A DNA stretch of 32,000 bases from the NCBI RefSeq assembly GCF_017876815.1, contig NZ_JAGIOS010000003.1:1260001-1292000 (forward strand), given 5' to 3'. Shown here piece after piece: positions 15,238 to 23,400 of this stretch (position 1 is the first letter of the stretch; every line of letters starts with the position of its first letter). This DNA is from Sinorhizobium meliloti. Lineage in GTDB: Bacteria > Pseudomonadota > Alphaproteobacteria > Rhizobiales > Rhizobiaceae. A program made the position numbers and the translations under genes. The notes beneath the pieces were generated by a model. The model saw nothing but the letters and a program-made list of their open reading frames with translations. It had not been told where the DNA came from and made no database searches.

Positions 15238-16305
15238 TCAGCGCGGGCTCCGGGGTTCGACGGTTGGCACACCGTTGGTGTTGCGACGCAAATACGCGGA
15301 TGAACGATATGTGATCCGGCGAGAGTCAGCTATCGACCCCAATGGACGATTGGCTTCCGGCGTTCGCCACGGGTGTATTGAGATGTTGTCTCCGTAGATC
15401 GACTGTCCGATCCGGTTGATATCCTGTTGCTCGATGGTCAGTGTGCCGATCGCGTCGAACGGCGTTGGCCAGCGGCGAGTTGCTGCGTCGATCGGCGTCT
15501 CGCTCTCCATTGAAAAGCCCTGGACAGCAAACTCGAAAACCGCCTCGCCTGAAGAAAGGTGTTGCGCCAGATCAACCTTGAGAAAGTTCGGATCTGATCC
15601 TGCGGCTGGGGTCTGTTTCGGCGCGTCGAGTGGGCGCAGACGATACTTAACGATCGCTTCAGGTCCGCAAGCATAAGGCAGAACGCTCCAGTAGGTCGCG
15701 GTCAAGACACTTGCTTCCGGTTTTGCCATCTCGTCCAGAACGACTTTCGTTTCTGGGTGAGCAGCAAGGTAAGCCTCGATATCACCAAAGACTGCCGCTT
15801 CCGAAAAGGCGCAGAAGTCCTGACCGGTGTCGACGAAGAACCGATCATGGTTCTGCATCACCAGATCCGCCGTTCCGGCGTCCGGATCGTCGGCGTCCAG
15901 CGTGTCACCGTGCACCCCGAAAAGCTTGATGCCAATACCGAGCGTTGAATTTGCACTGTCCGGAGTGTTTGGGGCGGTATCGCTGGAGAACCGCACCCAT
16001 GCGGCAAATTCACTATGGGCGAAGAGGCCGTGTCTGAACCTGTCAGGGATGGCTGAGCTCATCCGAAGGCTCGCTCTCGCGACCCCATGGACCTTTCGAA
16101 AAACCGGTCTCGGAGCAGGCCTTTCCCCAGCGTCGATGAAATGCTTCTGAACGACATCGACGAAGACACGACGTGTTTCCTCGCGAAACGAAAGTTCGCA
16201 TCGTGGGTTTGACTGCGAGGTTTCGTTCTGCTGCGAAGCAGTTGATTGCTTGTTTGTGAGAAGCGCCTTCATGTCGGCGTGAAGTTCGGTAAGCGACCTA
16301 GCCAT
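15238..16305 (-). CDS. Catalase-related heme protein of the y4iL-like subfamily
   Basis: A GAGGA RBS precedes the ATG at 16305 (MARSLTELH...). The sequence reads RPVFRKVHGVARASL (distal His context), GLFAHSEFAAWVRFSS, LGIGIKLFGV, DLVMQNHDRFFV, and a C-terminal SRRITYRSSAYLRR (proximal Tyr context). The product is about 355 aa, shorter than true catalases. Confidence 0.8.
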   Translation of the reverse strand: MARSLTELHADMKALLTNKQSTASQQNETSQSNPRCELSFREETRRVFVDVVQKHFIDAGERPAPRPVFRKVHGVARASLRMSSAIPDRFRHGLFAHSEFAAWVRFSSDTAPNTPDSANSTLGIGIKLFGVHGDTLDADDPDAGTADLVMQNHDRFFVDTGQDFCAFSEAAVFGDIEAYLAAHPETKVVLDEMAKPEASVLTATYWSVLPYACGPEAIVKYRLRPLDAPKQTPAAGSDPNFLKVDLAQHLSSGEAVFEFAVQGFSMESETPIDAATRRWPTPFDAIGTLTIEQQDINRIGQSIYGDNISIHPWRTPEANRPLGSIADSRRITYRSSAYLRRNTNGVPTVEPRSPR

Positions 16306-17147
16306 TTCCTCAGCCCCTTCCGAGAATTGGACAATCGAAAGGCATGCGCATGCGCTGCGGCACTCAATATACGTTGGTAGAATTACCTTAAGAACGCTAG
16401 TAACGGTGGTATAAAACTCGGCGACAGTCAAGTGGGCTCTAATATTAAGCTGGCTTGCGCCGCGAGCCAATCTGGCGCGCGGCGGGGACGACCGGAGGAT
16501 TCGGAGCTTATCTTGCAAGCCCTTGAGAGCGTCTCTTGCGGACTGTACGGCACGCCCGAGGTGGTAGATCAGGCCGAAACCGAACAGATATTCATCGGCT
16601 TCGACAACAGAATGGCTCGATCTGCCGCAAAGCTACAGCCTCCATCCCAACGACATGATGACGATGATGCAAGGGTCAGAATGAGCTGAACGTGACCGCT
16701 CCCGCCGTTACGCCGGTTGTTGTTCACCCTATGCTAGAGTGTCAGCTACTCCAAAGGTTTAGTCCAAAGGAGGAAACTACTTTGAATTGCGCTTGACTGA
16801 TGTTATGCTAAATTAGTGATGAAAAACCCAAGGCTTGCAACGTACAGGTTTTTTGCTGCCGTAAATGCCTGACTCTCACCAGAATGGGTCGGGATTGCCC
16901 AGCGTAGTATGTGCTGAGATTGTTGGGGGTCATGCAGGTAGAAAAATGCAAGGACAAGATGGACGCTCCAGCTGTTTGGCGTCCGCCCCTCTTATGCGGT
17001 TGGTCGGTCGGAGGCTAAATTGCAATCGCGCTGCGCCCAAGCAAGACGGCTACAAACACACGCTCACGAAGTTTGCTCATTTCAGCAAAGGGCGTCCCGG
17101 TAAGGAAAATGAAGGTGACTTAGTTTCAATTCGGGAGGCTTTTGGAA

Positions 17148-17868
17148 ATGACCGATGGCATGCCTTTACCCTGGCCCTTTCCCTGGTCTGTCGCGCCAGC
17201 TTCGACGACCTTGTCGAAGGTGCGAGACGTGACGGGTTTTACGCAAGCAATGCAGGTCGATCCAGTCGGCATGGCCGGCCAGGGGTTCGTCGAGCAGATC
17301 CACGCCGAGGCAAACAAATGCAGCCAGAAATTCGGTAAGGATCTCCCTCCCTCCCTTAGCAGGATCCGAACTCTACCTCATCGAAGCGGTGTCGACCGGG
17401 CCGGCAGGGGGAGGTGGTGCATCAGCTGCACCCTATGTGGTAATCTATCCGCCTGAGTTCCTCTTCCTTCTGGACGTCGGATTGGAGCAACTGGTCGGTG
17501 GAAGTGTGCTGTGGAAACCTGCCGGTTACGGCGATCCCGGATTCCCCGAAAAGAATGAAGTCACACTCAGGAGTGTGACTTCGCGTTCCTCCTCGCACCT
17601 GATCTTCCCCCGCATTGCCGGCAGCCTGATGATCGGCATCAAGGAAGACGCGGACCGCGCGGCGGCGAAGCAAGCCCTTGCAGATTTCGGGCTGCAAGAC
17701 ATCGACATGGCCGGCACTTTCGCCACTGCGACATGCGCGCCCTTCGTGGAGCCCTCAGTATGTCGGGAGCTCGAACGCGATCTCGACTTCATCAAATACG
17801 CCGAGATGAATGGCGTCGTCCGCCTGATCGATTTCAGCCCGGGATGGATGGTGAAACGGCTGATCTAA
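17148..17868 (+). pseudogene. Unknown gene in two frames (17148-17456 and 17389-17868), joined across a (TCCC)3 tract
   Basis: A GGGAGG RBS lies 9 nt before the ATG at 17148. Frame 0 reads MTDGMPLPWPFPW...QKFGKDLPPS, and frame +1 reads LAGSELYLIEAVSTGPAGGGGASAAPYVVIYPPEF...VVRLIDFSPGWMVKRLI. The frame +1 segment has no start codon before a GTG at 17389. Removing one TCCC unit from 17344-17355 gives a single 238-aa ORF. Confidence 0.45.
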
Positions 17869-17929
17869 TCGTCGGTCGCCTGATTTAGTGAATCGGGAAT
17901 ATCAGGCAAAAACAGATGAGGCGAAACGA

Positions 17930-18145
17930 ATGAGTACTGCCCTGGAGACTTTCGAAGGCGTCGGTGGAACGATCGAAGAGGCGCTGGCGGCAGCGCATCG
18001 TCAGATACTTCCCCGAGAGGGCAGGGATTTTACGACCTCGCGAGTAGTCGACTGGGGGATGCAGTTCGGTGGCTTTGTTGGCGAGACACTTTTCTACGTA
18101 CGCGTAGTTGAGGACAGAGACGCATCTTTCAAGACGAGGACCTGA
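17930..18145 (+). CDS. Small protein, possibly dodecin-like
   Basis: The 71-aa ORF runs from ATG 17930 with a GAGG motif 9 nt upstream. It reads MSTALETFEGVGGTIEEALAAAHRQILPREGRDFTTSRVVDWGMQFGGFVGETLFYVRVV. The pattern loosely resembles dodecin (..vG.S..s.EdA...A......lr...v.e......G.i..y.v.v). The evidence is weak. Confidence 0.3.
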   Translation: MSTALETFEGVGGTIEEALAAAHRQILPREGRDFTTSRVVDWGMQFGGFVGETLFYVRVVEDRDASFKTRT

Positions 18146-18149
18146 CTGG

Positions 18150-18447
18150 CGGTCTTCATCACGGCTCTTGCGAAAGTGTACGTATGCTTCTTTGCCCATT
18201 GCTTTGACCTTGGTGGTGAGATCCAAGATGTCGGTGGTCAGTCGGAGAAGCTTGATTGGGGTATGGGGGGTAGAAAAATGCCGGAGTTGTGATCGCACAT
18301 CCTTTTTGCGCAGGAAGCAAGCGCACAGCGAAACGATCTGTTCCCTGGACTGCACACCAACGCACTGAATTTCGTAGCGGTCGGGCCTGACGTGACGTTG
18401 TTCATGTTTGATCCGGCCACAAACAAGCCGGAACTGCGTTTAGGCAT
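18150..18447 (-). pseudogene. Degenerate C-terminal remnant of a tyrosine recombinase
   Basis: The minus frame reads ...CFLRKKDVRSQLRHFSTPHTPIKLLRLTTDILDLTTKVKAMGKEAYVHF. This resembles the H-x-LRH...G.DI..iq..lGH....T..Y.H box of integrases, but it is badly eroded. No upstream catalytic Arg region is present. Confidence 0.3.
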
Positions 18448-18600
18448 CGAGACAGCGCTGAATGTTCTGGAGATTGTTCAAGACGTCAAAGACAAGCGGT
18501 GCATTTCGCAGCTCTCTGCACGAACAAAACTGCCGCCGCTCAAATATAGTAGATAAACTAGGCGTGCGATGAAGCTAAATGTTTTGAGCGAGCGGGGGGC

Positions 18601-19557
18601 ATGAAAACCTATTTTGTCGCTACAGGGCTGTTGTTGAGCGGTTGTACGGTTCACCCGTTGCCGGAGGGGGTATCCCATCTCAATACGAGACAGATTGTTA
18701 ATCAAATAAGGTGCGAGGCCCGAGAATCCATCATTACCGCCATTGGACTTTACCTAACGACGTTTAGCGACAAAGTGACGTACCAAGCCGGAAAAAATTT
18801 GCTAGACAAGGACATTCAAATATCAGAGCTCAAATTCGATACTCTTGACCACGATGCGCAGTTTAACATTAAAAAGTATATCCCCGCCGCAATTGCGTAT
18901 GATTTCACGTTTGACATGTCGGAGGGCGGCGAATTTTCAGCGGATGCCGGGCTTCTAAACACCTTCACAAGGGGAGTTGTGAATGTTAACTTTGGAGCTG
19001 GAAGTCAAAGACAACGGCAGACTATTAGAAACTTTAGTGTCAGCGATACGTTTGGAGATCTTCTAGGATACGAGGTTGCGAGCCTCTGTGGGCGAGATAA
19101 CTCGACACAAAGGGCCGCAAACTACAACTACCCAATTACCGGGAAGATAGGCCTCGATGAAGTGGTGAGGACGTTCGTCGACCTCAATGAGTACCACCAT
19201 CTTAAAACCAAGGAAAAGGATGCGGTCCCTGTGATGAGCGACACATTCCATTTCCAGACGACGATTGGCGGCTCGGTGGCGCCGAAGGTAACGCTCAGCC
19301 CAGTTGGCAGTGGACCCCATTTGTCCGAAGCGGGCCTAAGGCTGGCCGGCTCGAGAACCGACATACACACGGTCATCGTCGCTCTCTCCTTGGCGCCGAG
19401 CACAACAGAACAGATATTGCGACGTAAAGTTGATTTCCTCGGCGCCCCATCTTCGAGGGAATTTGGGAGGACACCGGCTGAGGTAAATGCGTTGGACGCC
19501 ATCGACACCCAGGTTCAACGCCAGATCATCACAAATCTTTCGGGACGCGTCCAATAG
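18601..19557 (+). CDS. Lipoprotein of unknown function
   Basis: This is a 318-aa ORF. Its signal peptide carries a lipobox, MKTYFVATGLLLSGC (L-L-S-G-C). The local region is more AT-rich than its surroundings. The sequence is rich in beta-strand-like segments, and I recognise no family. Confidence 0.75.
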   Translation: MKTYFVATGLLLSGCTVHPLPEGVSHLNTRQIVNQIRCEARESIITAIGLYLTTFSDKVTYQAGKNLLDKDIQISELKFDTLDHDAQFNIKKYIPAAIAYDFTFDMSEGGEFSADAGLLNTFTRGVVNVNFGAGSQRQRQTIRNFSVSDTFGDLLGYEVASLCGRDNSTQRAANYNYPITGKIGLDEVVRTFVDLNEYHHLKTKEKDAVPVMSDTFHFQTTIGGSVAPKVTLSPVGSGPHLSEAGLRLAGSRTDIHTVIVALSLAPSTTEQILRRKVDFLGAPSSREFGRTPAEVNALDAIDTQVQRQIITNLSGRVQ

Positions 19558-19575
19558 AACAGGGGAAATACGATC

Positions 19576-19908
19576 ATGATTAACGAATATGAGGGGACAG
19601 CGCCGGTTGCTGTTACCCTGGACACCGTGATCAACGCAGTAAAAGCTCTGGTTGAGATTGGAAAGGATCGTGAGTTCGCCGAGCTTTGCGAAAGGCAGGG
19701 CATGAAGGTGGTTGCGCAGCCAGAACTAGTCAACGCACTAAAGCGGTTTCTCTTTGACAACAAGGCCCATGAGACGAACGACGCCGCGATGGTGCTCGTG
19801 CGGTCCCCCCGTGGGTCCGGCAGCTGTTTTCCGCTTGCGATGACTGCGGAGGAAAGTGATAGTCTGGTGAATCTGATGAAGACTGCTCAGCCGCCTCTGG
19901 CGCGGTAG
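19576..19908 (+). CDS. Hypothetical 110-aa protein, co-oriented with and 18 nt downstream of the lipoprotein gene
   Basis: A GGGGAAA RBS-like stretch precedes the ATG at 19576. The composition looks plausible for a protein, with no recognisable motif. Confidence 0.55.
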   Translation: MINEYEGTAPVAVTLDTVINAVKALVEIGKDREFAELCERQGMKVVAQPELVNALKRFLFDNKAHETNDAAMVLVRSPRGSGSCFPLAMTAEESDSLVNLMKTAQPPLAR

Positions 19909-19956
19909 GCCAGTGGAGCCACTTTTTATTGCGCTGGTGACTTCGTCCGCTTCGAC

Positions 19957-20124
19957 CTAGCTCCGCTCACTGCCGGCGCGGCAGCTGCTCGGGTAACGGC
20001 TTGCGGGAATGACGCCTGCGCTCGAAGCCCGAACTGTCGAGGAGCGTGCCGCCGCCTCGACGGCGTCAGCCTCCAGTTGCTCGCGCTGCAATTCGATCTG
20101 TTCGAAAACCCTTTCCCTTTCCAT
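19957..20124 (-). pseudogene. N-terminal remnant of an IS66-family TnpC-like transposase
   Basis: The 55-codon ORF reads MERERVFEQIELQREQLEADAVEAAARSS.... A shifted frame reads RRHSRKPLPEQLPRRQ. This resembles the QLEL..E.LEA ... RKPLPEHLPR segment of IS66 transposase N-termini. Confidence 0.35.
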
Positions 20125-20433
20125 CAAACTCACGCTGAACCCCCTCAGTTAAAGTCGCTTGCCGTCTGTATCACTGCAGGTCATGCCCCCCTTCGGGCTG
20201 CGACACAATGTTGACACACAACTATCCGGGCACGGTAGATTCTTCGATCGTCGTGTTTTCGCAACCGTAAGCGAGAAGACCTGTAGCTGATCTCATCGTC
20301 CTGGCGCTCGCGGCGCATCGAAAACGCTGATTTGCGCCAAAGGTCTTGGTTGCATTTCATTGGGGATATCACTCATTCTGATTGCAGCCGCGGAGCCAAG
20401 CATACAATAATCCCTCGACTCAACGAGGCAGAA

Positions 20434-23400
20434 ATGGGCGGCAAAAAGAAAAGCAAAACCAAGGTATCGCCGGAGCCGCGCAGATATGAAACTCCGCCCG
20501 CGGACGCAATCACGCTCCCTTCCTTGAAACGACATTCCGTGCTGCCCCTCGTCGATGTGGGAAGCCGACAGTTCGAGGAGATCTGCCGCGACCTAATGCG
20601 GCAAAGCTATCCGGATTTGCGCCCCGTAATGAAGAGACGAAGCGGGCAGCCGCAGTTCGGTGTCGACGTCGAAGGATTCAACGACCTGCAGGAGCCAGCG
20701 GTCGTTGTCTCGGCAAAATGCTACAAGGACATACAGCCCTGGGAGTTTCGGGCCTGGATCGAAGACTTCACCACGCACCTTGAGGGTCACTGGAAGGGAA
20801 AGGGCGTAAAAGAGTTCATCATCGCTGTATCGATCGAGCGAAACAACGACGATATGAACGATGCGGCGAGGGAACTCGCTCGCGTACTTGCCAGCAACAA
20901 CATCAAGTTCAAGATCTGGGACTCGGTCGAAATATCGGAAATGCTCGGAAAAGATCCGCGCTTGATCGACCGATATTTCAACGAAGCCTGGGTCAAGGCT
21001 CTTTCCGCTGATTTCGATGTAGGCACTTCGACTGCCGCAACCGGAGCCTTGGTCTCGGCGCGAGGTCCGACTGCGTCGCAGGGGGCGATCCTATCTCAGA
21101 TCGAAAGCCTCTACGTCGGCCCCCTCAACCAGATGCTCTCCGCCACCTTGGAAGACGCGGTCTCGGATCTTCGCCGCGGCAAACCGTCGAAGATAAAGCG
21201 GTGGTTGCAAGACGCCCGATCCGACTTCATCACATGGCAAGGCGCAGAGCCTGACCTCAAGGCGAAGGGGCTTCGCGCATCGGCAATGGTGATCCTGGGC
21301 GAGGGGGATCTCGATGGGGCCGAGCAGCTTCTCGATGAGGCGGACGCTTTTGTGCCACCGCCGGACCGAACGGCCCGAGCATACCTGATCAGAGCGCGAA
21401 GCGGCGGCGCGGCGGCCAGAAAATACTTGCAGGATCCGGACGGGCGCCGCGAGCGCGAATTGATGGCTGCGCTCCTGATCGAGGCTCGCCAGCCGAACAA
21501 GGCGCTCGAGCCACTTGCGCCGCTCATCGGTGACGAGGCCTCCGCGGAGGTGCTGCGGCTGCGCGCCATTGCCACCCTGTTAACGGGTGGGCGCCGATCA
21601 GAGGCTATTAATCTGGTAGTTTCGGCCACTACGAAGGAACCTGATTCGGCAATGGCGTTGTTTGCCCGTGGCGCGGTCCGGTTTGCCTGCGCGCTGGTCG
21701 ACGGGGTCGATCTGCAATTCGGCGGGGTGCCGAACCCGATCGGGAGGTCGTTGGTTCGCTCGACGCCGGAAGCCCGTACGCACCTGTCACATGCGGCTGC
21801 CGATTTCGACCGTCTCCTCGATACAGTGGAAGGCGACTTCAGGCGAGAAGTCGAAGTCTGGAAGCTGGCGGCATTGCTTCTCAATCCTGACACCAGAGCA
21901 GCGGGAAGATCGTTTGCCCGATCGTTGTTTGCTCGTGACGACTACGACCCGTCCGCAGTAGCGTGGGCACTGTTGAGCGGGCTGCCGCTGCGTCAAGGTC
22001 GGATCAAGAAAACACTTGGAGATGCCTTGCGCGAGGGGAAGGGAACTCCGGGCCATGTCGCCATCCTTGCGCTCATGGCAGCCGGCCCCAGCCACCCGGA
22101 GCGCGGGATGGCCGTGATCGAAAAGTTCGCCAGCATGTTCCCTGATGCCGGTGACTTCTTTGACCATTGGCGCGGTCAGTTCGCAACCAAGGATGGCGAA
22201 GACGCCGAAAGCTTCTCGGCGGTCATGCGACACACACTGGCTACCAAGGACGTCGGCCAGTTGTTCACATTCCTGACTACAGGCGACGTTCCCATCGAGA
22301 ACCTGCTCGCGGGTTCGGAGATGCTGGCATCGATGGACGCGTTCAGAGAGCTTGACGCTCTCCGGGGCAAACTCGCCCACCTTGGTTCCGGCCGCGCAGT
22401 CGAGCTTGCGGCGGTCGCCGCGCTGAACAACGGAAATCCGCGTGCTGCGATTTCAATCCTCAATTCCGCGCGCGCGGACGGCATCGACATGTCCAGGCGA
22501 CTGTCATACGTCCGCTTGAAATCGTGGGAGGCACTGGGCAGTCATCGGGAGCTAATAGACGACATTCAATCGCTGCTCAGAGAGCATGAAGATCCGCTTC
22601 TGCGGGACGAGCTCCTCAACGCCTACCTCCGGATCGGCTCTCTCGACGGAATTAGAGAGCAGGCGGAGTTCGTTCTGAAGCATGGCGAAATCGACCAGCG
22701 GAAGGCCGTTCAAGTCGCCCTTGCGCTTCGTTCGTATGCTCCGGAGATCGCAAGGCAGGCGCTCGAAGGAATTGGTACGGAGGGCCTCCCGGAGGATCTT
22801 TCCGGCGCCGTCCTCGAACTGTCTAGCAGGCTCGGTCTTGCCACGCTTCAGGACGAAATAATCCGGAAAATGGTCGCCAATTCGGCAAGCAAGGAGACCG
22901 TTCAACGATTCGACAGCGTCGAGGACGTCCTCAAGGTCCTGGAAGAGCACGCCAAGGAATACCGCTCACGTCTTGATCAATGGATGCACGGTCGGCTGCC
23001 TGCGGCCGCGGCAATGCGTGGCGATCCGAAAGACTACATTTCGCTATTCCTCGCTCAACCTGCGACGCGGCATAACCGGTTAGGAGACGCCTTGCCGATG
23101 ATGCTACTATCCGGAAAGCCGCATGACGCAGGCGCGCTGCCAGACGGAGAGCGTCCGGCGTTGCGCCTGGATCTCAGTGCTCTCCTGATTGCGGCTCGCT
23201 GCGAGTTGCTGGATGACCTCGAGCACTGTTTTCAGATTCATATTCCGGAGTCGCTTCCGGAAGTCCTCGTCCTAGTCACCGCAGAATTTCATCAGGTCCT
23301 GCCCCTGGTGGCCGGGGCTGTAAGGACCCTTGCGAGCGGCGACAGCGCGGTCGAAATCTGCCAGAGCCCTCCCGATGGGGTCATGGAGTTGTTCGCGTTC

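Noticed and set aside
16306-16518. The N-terminal extension of the catalase-like ORF (71 extra codons, MQDKLRILRSSPP...)
   Set aside because: The internal ATG at 16305 has a good RBS and marks where family-like sequence begins. The extension is Cys/Arg-rich and unlike protein.
16865-17338. A 157-aa plus-strand ORF upstream of and overlapping the 17148 gene
   Set aside because: It has no RBS, is Arg/Gly-rich, and overlaps a gene that has a strong RBS and start. It probably covers non-coding leader or promoter DNA for the divergent units.
17885-18355. A 156-aa minus-strand ORF
   Set aside because: It appears to be a composite. Its first ~70 codons are the eroded integrase C-terminus, and the rest is antisense to the small plus-strand dodecin-like ORF. 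It is not a coherent gene.
19909-19930. A possible terminator after the 110-aa gene (AGTGG-AG-CCACTTTTTATT)
   Set aside because: The stem is only 4-5 bp with a 2-4 nt loop. This is too weak to report as a feature despite the T-run.
20205-20245. A TTGACA box upstream of the giant gene as a possible promoter
   Set aside because: No acceptable -10 hexamer sits at 16-18 nt spacing; the best is TAGATT at 19 nt. I could not support a call.
21111-21893. A 260-aa minus-strand ORF antisense to the giant gene
   Set aside because: It is Ser/Arg/Ala-rich and low in complexity, which is typical of antisense frames in GC-rich coding DNA. It has no RBS or motif and lies entirely inside a much better-supported ORF.
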